Made by a program: the position numbers and the translations under genes. The notes below the pieces were generated by a model, which saw only the letters and a list, made by a program, of their open reading frames with translations, was not told the origin of the DNA and did no database searches. This document shows, in pieces, positions 29,937 to 40,166 of a stretch of 64,000 bases of DNA (its first letter is position 1; each line of letters starts with the position of its first letter). Location: positions 10,558-74,557 of the forward strand of contig CAYXGI010000002.1 in NCBI GenBank assembly GCA_964464495.1, read 5' to 3'. Source of the stretch: an uncultured Phycisphaerales bacterium. Its GTDB lineage: Bacteria; Planctomycetota; B15-G4; CAYZWU01.

Positions 29937-30847
29937 TCGGCGGCCTCCTCGACAACACGCCCGGCGTCTTCGGACGAGCGCAGTTCGAACCACCGAATCT
30001 CGGGAAAACGCCGGTACCACGTTTCCTGCTTCTTGACGAATTTCAGGCTGTTGCGGTTGATCTCTTCCTCGGCCTCGCCGCGGGTGAGGTCGCCCTTGAT
30101 GTGAGAGATGATTTCCCTGTAGCCGATCGCTTTGCCCGATTCCGGGCCGAACTCCGATCCCTCGAGAATTGTGCGCACCTCGTCGACGAGGCCCTTGGCC
30201 AACATCCGCGCCGTGCGCTCCCTGATCCGTTCCTCGAGCTTGGCGAGAGGCCATCTCAAGCCGACCGTACGGGCAGGATTGTCGATGATCCGCGTGGTCC
30301 TGTGGGTTTTGAGCCATGAGAGCGGTTTGCCCGTGACCCGGATCACCTCGAGCGCCCTCACGAGACGCTTGATATCGTTTTTGTGGATCTTGTCCGCCGA
30401 AGCCGGATCAGCGCCCCTCAGGCGGCCGTGGAGGTGTGCGGTTCCCATCGCGCGCGCCTCGCGGAGCAATTCGTCCCTGATGAGGGGATCCGATTCGGGA
30501 GCGGTGAACAATCCGTTGAGAAGGCAGTTGAGATAAAACGCCGTGCCTCCGAGAAAGAGGACCTCCTTGCCCCGCCCGTGAATGCTCTCCACATGTTCGC
30601 GTGCTGTTTCGAGGAAGGAACCGACCGAAAAGGACTGTGTGGGATCGAGAATGTCGAGCATGTGAAAGACAGCCCTCGATCGGTCCTCTGGCGACGGCTT
30701 GGCCGTGCCGATATCCATTCCGCGATAGACCTTCATCGAATCGAGCGAGATGATTTCAGCGTCGATCCTCTCGGCGATGGCGATCCCGATTTTTTTCTTA
30801 CCGCAAGCGGTCAAGCCGACAAGGTTGAACAGAGTGCGCGTGCCCAT
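29912..30847 (-). CDS. miaA: tRNA dimethylallyltransferase
   Basis: EIISLDSMKVYRGMDIGTAKP, GGTAFY, DPASADKIHKND..RLVRALEV, KAIGY.E, KKQETWYR. Confidence 0.95.
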   Translation of the reverse strand: MGTRTLFNLVGLTACGKKKIGIAIAERIDAEIISLDSMKVYRGMDIGTAKPSPEDRSRAVFHMLDILDPTQSFSVGSFLETAREHVESIHGRGKEVLFLGGTAFYLNCLLNGLFTAPESDPLIRDELLREARAMGTAHLHGRLRGADPASADKIHKNDIKRLVRALEVIRVTGKPLSWLKTHRTTRIIDNPARTVGLRWPLAKLEERIRERTARMLAKGLVDEVRTILEGSEFGPESGKAIGYREIISHIKGDLTRGEAEEEINRNSLKFVKKQETWYRRFPEIRWFELRSSEDAGRVVEEAADYFSGESG

Positions 30848-30851
30848 CGGT

Positions 30852-32150
30852 TTATTCCGGCTGGTCGAGGGGCAGGATGACCGAAACGGAAAGATTGTCC
30901 GGATCGAAATGAGTGTGGAGGCGTTCGATGAGTTCCTCATGGGTGACTTCGCGAATCATATCGGCCAGTTCGGAGGGCCACAACCCCCTGAAGAAGCAGC
31001 CAAGGAACGAATAGGCCGTGCTCTCGATCGAGTTGAACATTCTCACGTAGTTGCCCAGATACTTGTTCCTGATCCTCTCGAAGGTCTCTTTTTCGATCCC
31101 CTCGGTGCGCGCGGCCGCGAGGATATCGAGCAGCCTCTGCTTGAGTCTCTCGGGCTCCCTGGTATCCGCACTGATTATTGTATGGCCCGAATCGCCGTAT
31201 CCCGAGTAGTAGGCCGAAAAGGAGTCATCGATGACATCCTCGGCATAGAGCTCCTCGTAGGCGGGCGATGATCTGCTGAGCAGACAATCGAGAACGAGCT
31301 GGGTGCGGAGCTCGACCATCTCCGTCTCTCTCCCGCTGTCACAGAACGTGGCGTCTTTGAATCCCATGAGAAACTTCGGCCGGTAGACGATCATCTCGGC
31401 CTGCTCCACGGGGGATGCGATCGAGCGGTCCGTCTCGGTGAAGAAGCGATGGTTCAGCCCCTTCTGGTCGGCCTGGCGGCCGTCGGCGTCGCGCGACGCC
31501 ACTTCGAGAACCTCGTTGGGATCGAAACCTCCCACGAGGACGAGCGCCATGTTTCCCGGCCTGTAAAAGGAGCTGTAACATTCCTCGAGAAAAGATGGGG
31601 TGATTTCGGCGATCGATTCGGCAGTACCGGCTATGTTCTGCCGGATCGGGTGTTCCCTGTAGAGCGACTTCAAGAGGTTGAAGAAGACGATCCACCCTGG
31701 ATCGTCGTCGTACATCTTGATCTCCTGCTGAATGATCCCCTGCTCCTTTTTGACCAGTTCGTCCGTGAAGTATGGCGACTGGACAAATGAAAGAAGCAGG
31801 CGCAGATTGTCGGCAACCTTGTTCGTGCAGGAAAACATGTAAGACGTTGTCGTGAATCCCGTGCTCGCGTTACAGAGCGCGCCGTTGGCCGCGAAACGAT
31901 CGCTCACATCGCCGTCGGCATCTTCGAAGAGCTTGTGTTCGAGAAAATGAGCTGTTCCGTCGGGAAGCGCACGCGGCCCATTTCGGCCGTTGGCCGGCAA
32001 GACATTGTCAGCCGAGCCGAACTTCACCCCCATCAGGCCCATCGTCTTCGAAAAGCCTCTCTTGGGGTTCATGACCAGTGTCAATCCCGAGGAGAGCTTG
32101 ACCGTCGAGAACTGTTCGTCAACGTTGTTGTCTATCGATTGAAGCACCAT
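30852..32150 (-). CDS. M16 (pitrilysin-family) metallopeptidase, catalytic-type subunit, YmfH-like
   Basis: PDGTAHFLEHKLF (HxxEH), NASTGF..T.Y, KEQGII.QEI.MYDDDP.W. Confidence 0.9.
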   Translation of the reverse strand: MVLQSIDNNVDEQFSTVKLSSGLTLVMNPKRGFSKTMGLMGVKFGSADNVLPANGRNGPRALPDGTAHFLEHKLFEDADGDVSDRFAANGALCNASTGFTTTSYMFSCTNKVADNLRLLLSFVQSPYFTDELVKKEQGIIQQEIKMYDDDPGWIVFFNLLKSLYREHPIRQNIAGTAESIAEITPSFLEECYSSFYRPGNMALVLVGGFDPNEVLEVASRDADGRQADQKGLNHRFFTETDRSIASPVEQAEMIVYRPKFLMGFKDATFCDSGRETEMVELRTQLVLDCLLSRSSPAYEELYAEDVIDDSFSAYYSGYGDSGHTIISADTREPERLKQRLLDILAAARTEGIEKETFERIRNKYLGNYVRMFNSIESTAYSFLGCFFRGLWPSELADMIREVTHEELIERLHTHFDPDNLSVSVILPLDQPE

Positions 32151-32151
32151 C

Positions 32152-33453
32152 TCAACCGGCAGTTCCTTTCAGGAAGAAGGTCTTTCCCGGGGAGACGAGC
32201 CGTGCCGCGGCCACGACATGCTCGGGTTTGACCTTTTTCAACTTGTTCATGATCTTGTCGAGGCCTGTCTCCCGTCCTGTGAGACTGGCCACCAGGTGAT
32301 AGTCGATGAGCTGGCTTGGGCTGTCCTGCACACCCTGCAGGCCCGAAAAGAGAGCCTTTCGCGCGTTGGAAAACTCCTCGTCCGTGACCCGCCCCTTGAC
32401 AATATCGTCCATCTGCTCCGCAACGATCTCCAGGATCCTGTCGAAATTGTCCCGGTGAATTCCCGCCCCGACCCTGAGAAAGCCCTTGACCTTGTCGTAG
32501 ACGGAATGCGCGTAGTAGGCCAGGCTCTCCTTTTCGCGCACATTCTTGAAGAGTTTGGAGAAGGAACCTCCGCCGAGAATCGAGTTGTAAAAGAAGAGCG
32601 CATAATAGAGTTCTTCGTCGCAGTCCCGTTCGACATTGAATCCCATGACCAGCTTGGATTGCTCCAGAGGCTGCTCCTCCTCGATCACCTCGCCATTTCC
32701 TCCCGTTTTCGTCCCTTCCGTTGGGGTGCTGTGGACAACGCTCCGCTTGACCCCATCGAAGACGGTGGTCGCCAGTTCTCGGGCCTTGTCCCGCTCCACA
32801 TCGCCCACCACATAGAGCACCGATGGAGCGCCGGCGATGAATTTCTTGAAAAAAGACCACGTGCGTGCAGAGTCGAGAAGCGCCACCTTCTCGGCGTCGC
32901 CCCACTGGAATTTCCCGAAGGGCTCTCCCTTGAACATCTCCTCAACAAGGCGAATGTTGGCGTAAACGCCCTTGTCGTTGATCTGGCTTCTGATCAAGCG
33001 CTCCAGGTTCCGCTTCTCGCTCGCAAAAAGATCCTCGGGAAAGGATCCGTTGTCGGAGCGGGGATTGGTCAGAACATCGTTGAGCACGCCGATGCCGTCT
33101 TTCAAGAGCCCCTCACCGCCGGGAACAAGACGGTCGTTGACCATATCGACAGCTGTGACGAATATCTGCCGCTCGTCGAGCTTCAACGTATCGAGGCTCA
33201 GCTTCGTGCCGTAGAGAAATTCGAGTTTGCGCGAGATCTTCGCAAGGGTCGGATATTTTCCCGAGCCCCTCTTGAGGATGAAAGGCAGGATCGCCTCTTC
33301 CTCCACATCACGATCCAACCGGCCCATAAGGAAGGCCTTGACGGTCACGGTCTTGAATTTTCGGCTGTGCAGGAAGTGGATGTCGTACTCAGCACCGCGT
33401 TCGAGCGTGTCGAAGGAGCAGGTCTCTTTATTGAGCATCGATGAAATCTCCAC
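32152..33453 (-). CDS. M16-family non-catalytic partner subunit, YmfF-like
   Basis: KFKT, LYG, N.ILGGGSFSKLFKNVREKESLAYY; lacks HxxEH. Confidence 0.85.
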   Translation of the reverse strand: MEISSMLNKETCSFDTLERGAEYDIHFLHSRKFKTVTVKAFLMGRLDRDVEEEAILPFILKRGSGKYPTLAKISRKLEFLYGTKLSLDTLKLDERQIFVTAVDMVNDRLVPGGEGLLKDGIGVLNDVLTNPRSDNGSFPEDLFASEKRNLERLIRSQINDKGVYANIRLVEEMFKGEPFGKFQWGDAEKVALLDSARTWSFFKKFIAGAPSVLYVVGDVERDKARELATTVFDGVKRSVVHSTPTEGTKTGGNGEVIEEEQPLEQSKLVMGFNVERDCDEELYYALFFYNSILGGGSFSKLFKNVREKESLAYYAHSVYDKVKGFLRVGAGIHRDNFDRILEIVAEQMDDIVKGRVTDEEFSNARKALFSGLQGVQDSPSQLIDYHLVASLTGRETGLDKIMNKLKKVKPEHVVAAARLVSPGKTFFLKGTAG

Positions 33454-33673
33454 CGGTGCGGGTAATCAGTAATCGAGTGGCGAAAAGAAAAAGGATGGTC
33501 TGCGCGAGCGGTCGAAGACCGCCTCTGCAAAACGCTCTTCAATTTGGACCTCCCCACGAAAAGAGTCAAAGAAATTCATCGTCAAAAAGAAATCTTTTGA
33601 AATCGGGCAGGACCTGTTATAGACAACCGGTTGTTTCCATCATCGAAACCGCTGTCCGGCCGGAGTTCCGGTA

Positions 33674-34996
33674 TTGGCTTTTCCATCAGAAGCGAAGATC
33701 ATCGAGGACACGATCATCTTTCCCGCGGCCATCGATCCCGACGCGGCAAAGATCGTGAAAAGGCTCAAGAGGTACGGCCATGAAGCCTACCTCGTGGGCG
33801 GCTGTGTGCGCGACCTCCTCCTCGGCGCCATTCCCAAGGACTTCGACGTCTCCACGTCGGCGCGCCCCCGGCAGATCCGCAGACTCTTCCGCAATTCGAA
33901 AATAATCGGAAGGCGCTTCAAGCTGGCCCACATCATGTTTCGCGACAAGGTGATCGAGGTGTCGACTTTCCGGAAACTTCCGCCCGACGAGAATTCGAAA
34001 CATTTCAAGAGCGAGGGCCTGCTCATCGTGCGGGACAATGTCTACGGCGAACCGCGCGATGACGCCTTGCGGCGCGATTTCACGGTGAACTCCCTCTTCT
34101 ACGATCTCGAAAAGGAAGCGGTCATCGATTTCTCCAACGGTTTCGACGACCTCAACAAGCGCCTCCTGATGACGATCGGCGATCCCCACGTCCGGTACTG
34201 CGAAGACCCGATCCGGATACTCCGGGCTGTGAGATTCTCGTGCCGTCTCAAGCTCTGGATCGAACCGGAGAACGCCGTCGCCATGAAGGCCCATGTGGGC
34301 GAACTCCAGAAGAGCGCCCCACCCCGCGTCAAGGAGGAGATCATCCGCCTCCTGGCATGCGGCGCTTCGCGGCAGGCGCTGCACATGATTTTCGATCTCG
34401 GCCTTCTTGGAGTGATTTTTCCCGAGCTCGAATCATCGCTCGACAAGAAAGCGTCCTGGTTCAACAGCGAGCGCACCGGCACGGAGTTCCTCGTCGCCCT
34501 CGGCGCCGCGGTCGATCCTCTCGACCGGGGGCGCCGGCGCTATTCTGATGCCCTCTTTCTGGCGGTCCTCTTCTCCCACCACGTTGGCGTTGCGCTCAAC
34601 GAAGCGCTGTCGAGCGGAGTGGCGATACACGACCGCATCGCGTTCATCGACAATGTCCTGAGGCCGATCGCGATGCGCATGGGCGTCTCGAAAAAAGACC
34701 TGAACAGGATCAAGCACATCATCAATGGTTTTCACCGGTTCGATCGCAAGAAATGGCGCGGCCGTCCCCGTCCCGGGGAATTCGTCGCGCGTGATTATTT
34801 CCGCGAAACCCTCGAGTTCTACAGGTTCGTTGTCGAGGGATTGGGACGCGACAAAAGCGCCTTCCATCGCTGGCTGAACAGATGGAACGAGCAGGACGCT
34901 CCAGACGCCCCCCACAGCCCGATGAAAGAGAAGACCGGACGGAGCCGAAGAAGACGCCGGCGCCGTCCCCGCAGGCCGCGGGTGCAGGACGATTGA
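33674..34996 (+). CDS. pcnB: Poly(A) polymerase I
   Basis: VGGCVRD..KDFD, PAP-type upstream signature IIGRRFKLAHIMF, RRDFTVN, EDPIRILRAVRF and an Arg-rich C-terminus. Confidence 0.88.
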   Translation: MAFPSEAKIIEDTIIFPAAIDPDAAKIVKRLKRYGHEAYLVGGCVRDLLLGAIPKDFDVSTSARPRQIRRLFRNSKIIGRRFKLAHIMFRDKVIEVSTFRKLPPDENSKHFKSEGLLIVRDNVYGEPRDDALRRDFTVNSLFYDLEKEAVIDFSNGFDDLNKRLLMTIGDPHVRYCEDPIRILRAVRFSCRLKLWIEPENAVAMKAHVGELQKSAPPRVKEEIIRLLACGASRQALHMIFDLGLLGVIFPELESSLDKKASWFNSERTGTEFLVALGAAVDPLDRGRRRYSDALFLAVLFSHHVGVALNEALSSGVAIHDRIAFIDNVLRPIAMRMGVSKKDLNRIKHIINGFHRFDRKKWRGRPRPGEFVARDYFRETLEFYRFVVEGLGRDKSAFHRWLNRWNEQDAPDAPHSPMKEKTGRSRRRRRRRPRRPRVQDD

Positions 34997-35003
34997 AAAA
35001 CGA

Positions 35004-36227
35004 TCAGCGGCGCCTCAGCCGTCTCGGTCTCACTCCTGTCTGCTTCAGCGGTTTCTCGCGGTAGTTGGCGAGAACATACTCCTCCCATTCCCTTTGAAAG
35101 GTGATCACATTGAGGCCGTAGGCTTCCTTGAGAGCGTCACGGCACTCCTTCTTGTCCTTGATCGCCTTCATGAAGAGCTTGAACTTGCCCGGGTCCCTCT
35201 TCTTGAGCAGGAAGTCGACAAAGGACCAGACGGTCTGGTGATCCATGCCGTGGAGAGAGGTCACGCTCTTGTTGATCAACTCGGCGAAGGAGGGAAGCTT
35301 TCCGGCGGCCAGATCGCGCCGCACCTCGTACTCCCAGTCGGTGTTTGAGACCTCCTCCTCCTCGCCCTCCTCGTCGCAGGTGTTGGACGCCCTCTTGAAG
35401 TAATGAACTTCAAAGAAATGAGCCAGCCCCTCGTCGGCCCATCCGGCGGTGGACGCCATCCACTCCATGCGGTAATAGGAGACGTTGAGGAGATGGCTCA
35501 GATGATGAATGAGGTGCTGGTGAAAAAGCTCCTCCTCGGGCATGTTGGCCTTGTCGTAGAAGGAGACGAGGATCGACGGGTTGCCCGGCATCTTGGCCGC
35601 GTTCCAGCAGTTGAGCCCAGTCAGTTCCTTCGCCGCCTTGAAGCTGTGCTTCTGCCTTTCGAAGAGATAGACGTAATGCGTCTTGTTCCGGATCTCCCTC
35701 TCGTCGATCCCGAAGAAATTCATGAAATCGTTGTAGAAGGTCTCGAGTCTCTCGGCGTAGAGGTGCATCGCCTCGTGCATCCTGTAAGTCTTCTTCTCCT
35801 TCGTGACGATCTTGGGAATATCCCAGGCGATGACGAAATGATCTGTTTCCACGTAGAGGAGTTTCGTGTTGAGGAAGGAGTCTTTTTGTCTGCGCCGTTC
35901 GAGCCACTTCGTCTTCTTGGCGACGATGGCGTCGAACTGGCGCCTCGCTGCCTCGGCGAGCGCCGGATTGCGGCATCTCTCGCACGGATACCAGGCGTTT
36001 CCATGGCCCTTCTTGTCCTGTTCAAAGATGTATGAACAGTGGACGACCTTCGCTTCCAGGGCGGCGAGCGCGGGCGTCAGGTACTTGTTTTCCACCTTAC
36101 CCGTCGTCTTGCACTTGGAACAGCGCGGTCCGTCGGCGTCCTGCGCTCGGGTCGTGTCATGGAAGGTCAGAGAAAAAACGAAGACGATGAGCAATCCCCA
36201 TGCGAGACAGTGTCCGCTCCGCACCAT
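35004..36227 (-). CDS. Secreted hypothetical protein: CxxC...CxxC Zn-binding motif plus peptidase MA-like domain
   Basis: GAGGAGG RBS; signal peptide; CSKC and CERC; IHHLSH..W.DEGLA.FFE gluzincin-like segment. Confidence 0.7.
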   Translation of the reverse strand: MVRSGHCLAWGLLIVFVFSLTFHDTTRAQDADGPRCSKCKTTGKVENKYLTPALAALEAKVVHCSYIFEQDKKGHGNAWYPCERCRNPALAEAARRQFDAIVAKKTKWLERRRQKDSFLNTKLLYVETDHFVIAWDIPKIVTKEKKTYRMHEAMHLYAERLETFYNDFMNFFGIDEREIRNKTHYVYLFERQKHSFKAAKELTGLNCWNAAKMPGNPSILVSFYDKANMPEEELFHQHLIHHLSHLLNVSYYRMEWMASTAGWADEGLAHFFEVHYFKRASNTCDEEGEEEEVSNTDWEYEVRRDLAAGKLPSFAELINKSVTSLHGMDHQTVWSFVDFLLKKRDPGKFKLFMKAIKDKKECRDALKEAYGLNVITFQREWEEYVLANYREKPLKQTGVRPRRLRRR

Positions 36228-36391
36228 GATGTCCCTCCTCGCTGTGACGAATCGTTCTTGCAGAGTTCGTCGGGCTGGCGGTAATTGCCGGGATGGATGC
36301 ACTCTGGCCGGGCTCGAGAGCCGTTCATTAGGCTATCGCGCATGGAAAAGAACTACAACACTTTTGTCCTTTGCCGCCGCGTGGGGGCCTG

Positions 36392-37711
36392 TCAGATCTG
36401 AATCCCCCCGGCCAGTTTGATCATCTCGGCCCTGATTGTGGCCATGAGCCTGTCCACCTCGATGAGGGCTTCCCTCGCCGCCTCCAGTTCGAGGGCGATT
36501 TCCAAGCTCCTGGTAATGGGGGTGCGTCCCGTCTCGACGAGGCCCTCGACGAGACCATGTTGCTTGGCCAGCGAGGGGATGATCGAGTTCGTGTAGAGAT
36601 CGCGGCTCGCGGCGAGAGCCAGCCAGCGTTCGCGATTGCCGAACCACTCATCGAGCGCGCGCGCCGCGGCGCGCTCGAGGGATGCTTCGGCGCCGCGAAT
36701 ATCGGCCTCGGCACTCATGATCGCGCCCTGCTTGCGGTCGACGAGGGGGAGTGGAATCTGAATGAAGGCGCCCATAAAATCATCGCGCTCGGCCATGCCC
36801 TCGGCGCCGCGCGAGTATCCGACCCCCACCGTGATGTCGGTCCACTTGCCTGACTCGGCAAGCCGGAGATTAGCCCGCGCCGCTTCGATCTCGCCGTCGA
36901 GACGATTCAGTTCGGGACTGCGCGTCAAGATCGACGCTGCGCCCTCGTCCCAGGACGGTGGTTCCCACGCCGGCGCGCCGTGGCGGCATTGAAGGATCGT
37001 CCCCGCGGGGAGTCCGAGAAGCCCCTCGAGTTCTGCAATGAATTTTTTCTCGTCGCCCCGGTGCTTGAGAAGCCGATCGGTTGCCTTGGCGACAGCCACC
37101 TGGAAAGTGATGAGATCTTGTTGGGGAAGCCGTCCCTTTCGATTCATCTCCTCGGCGATGGCCAGAAGGCGCATTCGCAGCTTTTCGGCCCGCTCATTGC
37201 TCTCGGACTTGTCCCGCGCATGGGCTGCATCATAAAAGAGCGTCATTGCCTCAGCGGCCAGATCGCTGCGGACCTGAAAGTAGGCGGCCTCGGCCGCGTT
37301 CCGCCGGGCCTCGGCCAGATCGACCCGCGCGCCGGCCTTGCCGGCCGTCTCGATCCGCTGCGCGATGCGCACCTTGTTGCGGGCGTTTCCGAATCCCATA
37401 TCGTCGATGGGCATCATCTCGGTTTCGAGAGTCAAAACCGGATTGGGCATGTACGATCCCTGAATCAGGTTGCCTGTTTCGCGGGCGATCTTTTCCCGCG
37501 CCTCCTTCAGCGCCGGTGCCTGTTCGAGCAGATCCAGTACCATGGTTGCTTCGAAAACAGACGGATCCCTCTCGATGATTTTCCGAACCGCGGGCCGCGA
37601 CAGCGGAGACGGGGCGCCGGGATCGACGTGACGCGGACCGGGATTCGATTCAGGAAGGTCGGCGCAACCGGCCAGGAAAAGAGTGGTCAGTAAAAAAAAT
37701 CCGCGCACCAT
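36392..37711 (-). CDS. TolC/CzcC-like outer-membrane efflux lipoprotein
   Basis: Lipobox LAG-C; PNPVL, QRIETAGKAGAR, IQIPLPLVDRKQG OEP repeats; last gene of the exporter operon. Confidence 0.9.
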   Translation of the reverse strand: MVRGFFLLTTLFLAGCADLPESNPGPRHVDPGAPSPLSRPAVRKIIERDPSVFEATMVLDLLEQAPALKEAREKIARETGNLIQGSYMPNPVLTLETEMMPIDDMGFGNARNKVRIAQRIETAGKAGARVDLAEARRNAAEAAYFQVRSDLAAEAMTLFYDAAHARDKSESNERAEKLRMRLLAIAEEMNRKGRLPQQDLITFQVAVAKATDRLLKHRGDEKKFIAELEGLLGLPAGTILQCRHGAPAWEPPSWDEGAASILTRSPELNRLDGEIEAARANLRLAESGKWTDITVGVGYSRGAEGMAERDDFMGAFIQIPLPLVDRKQGAIMSAEADIRGAEASLERAAARALDEWFGNRERWLALAASRDLYTNSIIPSLAKQHGLVEGLVETGRTPITRSLEIALELEAAREALIEVDRLMATIRAEMIKLAGGIQI

Positions 37712-37720
37712 GTTTAGCTC

Positions 37721-38923
37721 CTACTGGTACCTGACAGCGTCGACCATCCGGAGTCGCAAGGCCCTGTAAGCTGGCATGAAAGCACCGATCAGGCCGATCA
37801 GCACTGTCGTTCCCAACGCCCAGGCGACAACGGTAGCTTCGACTTCCACGCGAAAGGCCGCCATGGGAATCTTGATCGGGAGCCCGTTGGCGAGAAATCC
37901 AAGGCCACACCCGAGGATCCCCGCCGTAAAGGTGATCAGGAGGGATTCCGTCATGATCCCCATGAGCACGGCTTTCTTTGAAAAGCCGATGACCTGAAGA
38001 GTCCCAATCTCTCGAACGCGCCCCATGACGGCGGTGTACATCGTGTTCATTCCGGCCACCACCCCCCCCACGACAATGATCATGGCGAGGGCGTGGGCGA
38101 ACTGGCGAAAGAAATCGAAACCCTCGGCATAGTCGGCAAAGTACTCCTGCTCGGGAAAGGCCTTGACCCCGAACTGCTCGTCCGTGCTGAGCCGGTCGCA
38201 GAGCTCGGCCATCCGGCTCGGGTCTTTGAGCTTGATCTTCATGAACGAATAGTCCTGGCGCTTGAGGTAGAGCCGGAGGTCCTGTTCGTGCGTCCAGAGC
38301 TCGCTCTCGTTGATCGTTCCCGCTGCCTCGAAGGCGCCCACCACGGTCCACGACTTGTTGAGAAAGTAGAGTTCCCGGCCGATCGACAGATCGGTCTGAT
38401 CGACGCCGATTCGCGTGCCGGCGAGCTTGCCCACGAGCAGTTCGCGCATACCCTTGCGCGGCAGCCGTCCGTCGATGATGCGCACATGGCTGTTCAAGCC
38501 GAGGCAGATCGCCGGGTCGATGCCGTGAATGATTCCCCGCTGCTGGCCGCGCCGGAATTTTTCCGCCTCCTTGACCTCCACGTTGAGGCCGATGTAGGCC
38601 TCCTTGGAAATCAACGGCACCTGGGTCTCACCCCACGTCCCCGACGTGGTGATTGCCACGGCGTCGTCGTAGAGCTTGTTCTGGATCAGCTCGCAGTCCT
38701 GATCGGAGATCGACGAGAGCACGAAGGTCTGCGCTTTCTTGGAGATGATGATCATGTTGTCCGGATCGCCCGTTTCGCGGAAGGTCGCCGCCATGGAGCT
38801 GCTGAAGGCGAGCACGAAGACGAGAGCCGACACGACCAGCGCCAGACCGATGGTGGTGAGCAGTGTGCGCGTGCGGCGTCGAAAGAGATTTCGAATGCTG
38901 TAACGCAAGGGAAGCCGTGCCAT
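37721..38923 (-). CDS. MacB/FtsX-like ABC permease (second subunit)
   Basis: YSIRNLFRRRTRTLLT, periplasmic domain, NTMYTAVMGRVREIGTLQVIGF, four TM helices. Confidence 0.93.
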   Translation of the reverse strand: MARLPLRYSIRNLFRRRTRTLLTTIGLALVVSALVFVLAFSSSMAATFRETGDPDNMIIISKKAQTFVLSSISDQDCELIQNKLYDDAVAITTSGTWGETQVPLISKEAYIGLNVEVKEAEKFRRGQQRGIIHGIDPAICLGLNSHVRIIDGRLPRKGMRELLVGKLAGTRIGVDQTDLSIGRELYFLNKSWTVVGAFEAAGTINESELWTHEQDLRLYLKRQDYSFMKIKLKDPSRMAELCDRLSTDEQFGVKAFPEQEYFADYAEGFDFFRQFAHALAMIIVVGGVVAGMNTMYTAVMGRVREIGTLQVIGFSKKAVLMGIMTESLLITFTAGILGCGLGFLANGLPIKIPMAAFRVEVEATVVAWALGTTVLIGLIGAFMPAYRALRLRMVDAVRYQ

Positions 38924-38927
38924 ATGA

Positions 38928-40091
38928 TTATTCCACGTTTCTCAAAGACGTGACGATGTTGAGCCGCGATGCGTTGAAAGCCGGGATCAAACCTCCGGCA
39001 AAACCAACGACCAGAGAAGCGCCGATCCCGAGACCGAGGATGACGGGCCGCATGATGATCGGGATCGACACGCCGCGAAGGGCCAGTTCCTGATTGGAGA
39101 AGGAGATGATCACGAAGGCGGCCACACAGCCGAGTGCTCCTCCGAACAGACTGAGCAAGACCGACTCTGCGAGCACGAGTCTCAAAACGCGGGGCCGTCC
39201 AAATCCCATGGCTCTCAAGATGCCGATCTCCTGCGATCTGTCGTAGGTCGACATGCTGATCGTGTTGGCGATGCAAAGAAAGATGACGAGCGCCGAAAAG
39301 ACGATCACGTACCCCGCGTACTTGAGCATGTCGTCGAGATCGTCGAGAGCCTGATCGAGGGCGACCTGAGCCGGTTCGGTGTGCGTCTTGATCGGAAAGT
39401 CGAGGTTGTCGATCGCGGTGCACACTCTCTCGGCGTCCTCGCGATCGGCGATCTTGACGTAGATCTGGTGGGAAACGCCCCGCGACCCGTCGACGTCCTG
39501 CAAGAAGACCCTGTCCGCCAGGATCACGTTGCGAAACGCTGGATCTCGCGGGGTAAAGGCGCTTGCCATGAAAAGGCTCAGCCCCTCGAAATCGGCCATG
39601 GCGAATTCGCCATCTTCTTTCCAGACGTACTGGTCACTGTATTTGGTGACAATATCGATGCCCAGCAAAGCGCCGTTGCGCTTGGAGCAAAATTTCTCCC
39701 ACGCCCCGGGTTCCAGATCGAACTCGATCATGTCCCTCAGGTCGTCTTTATCGATTCCTGCGATCTTGACCAGACCGCCACCCGACGAGGCTCAGTGATT
39801 CATCTTGAAGAAGATCGGCGCGGCATTGACCACGCCGGGGACTTCACGCTCGATACGGCGCGCCATGTCCTCGTCGCCGGGCATTGAACTCTTGGTCGGT
39901 CAGTAGACGTCTTCCTCGTTGACCACGAGGATCGTGCTCGCGGCGCCGGCGACCATCTGATTGCGGCTGTCGAAGATCGTCGTCAGGTAGGTAACGATGA
40001 AGACCGCCACCCCCACTCCGAAAATCGTCAGCATGGTCCTCACCGGGTTGCGCCACACGTTGCGGATGACGTAACGCCAGAATTTGAACAT
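38928..40091 (-). CDS. MacB/FtsX-like ABC permease with two in-frame TGA codons, candidate double selenoprotein (U64, U100), 387 aa
   Basis: ORF-track pieces 39900..40091 and 38928..39731 are in one frame, interrupted only by TGA at 39900-39902 and 39792-39794. Joined: ..NEEDVY-U-PTKSSMP..FFKMNH-U-ASSGGGLV..; hairpins follow both TGAs. Confidence 0.85.
39760..39778 (-). promoter_or_regulatory. Candidate bacterial SECIS for TGA 39792-39794
   Basis: Minus strand GCGGTCT-GGTCA-AGATCGC: 7-bp stem (one G-U); GG-initiated loop at +21. Confidence 0.7.
39865..39884 (-). promoter_or_regulatory. Candidate bacterial SECIS for TGA 39900-39902
   Basis: Minus strand ATGCCC-GGCGACGA-GGACAT: 5 bp with one mismatch; GG-initiated loop at +22. 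Weak stem. Confidence 0.5.
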
Positions 40092-40166
40092 GGCTTTGCC
40101 TTTCGTTTTTCCCGGCAGCGATTTGTTCGACTCGGCCGCCGGAGCCCATCGATGGTTCGTTGAGGA

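Noticed and set aside
23486-34996. Split CC-adding and A-adding enzyme pair
   Set aside because: The second nucleotidyltransferase has the PAP I signature (IIGRRFKLAHI) and an Arg-rich tail, and the first retains the flexible loop. A CCA enzyme plus PcnB is the ordinary explanation.
38928-40091. Pseudogene or frameshift interpretation of the split permease
   Set aside because: No frameshift; only two TGAs, each followed by a similarly spaced hairpin, within an otherwise intact operon. Not formally excluded, since TGC/TGT to TGA is a single change.
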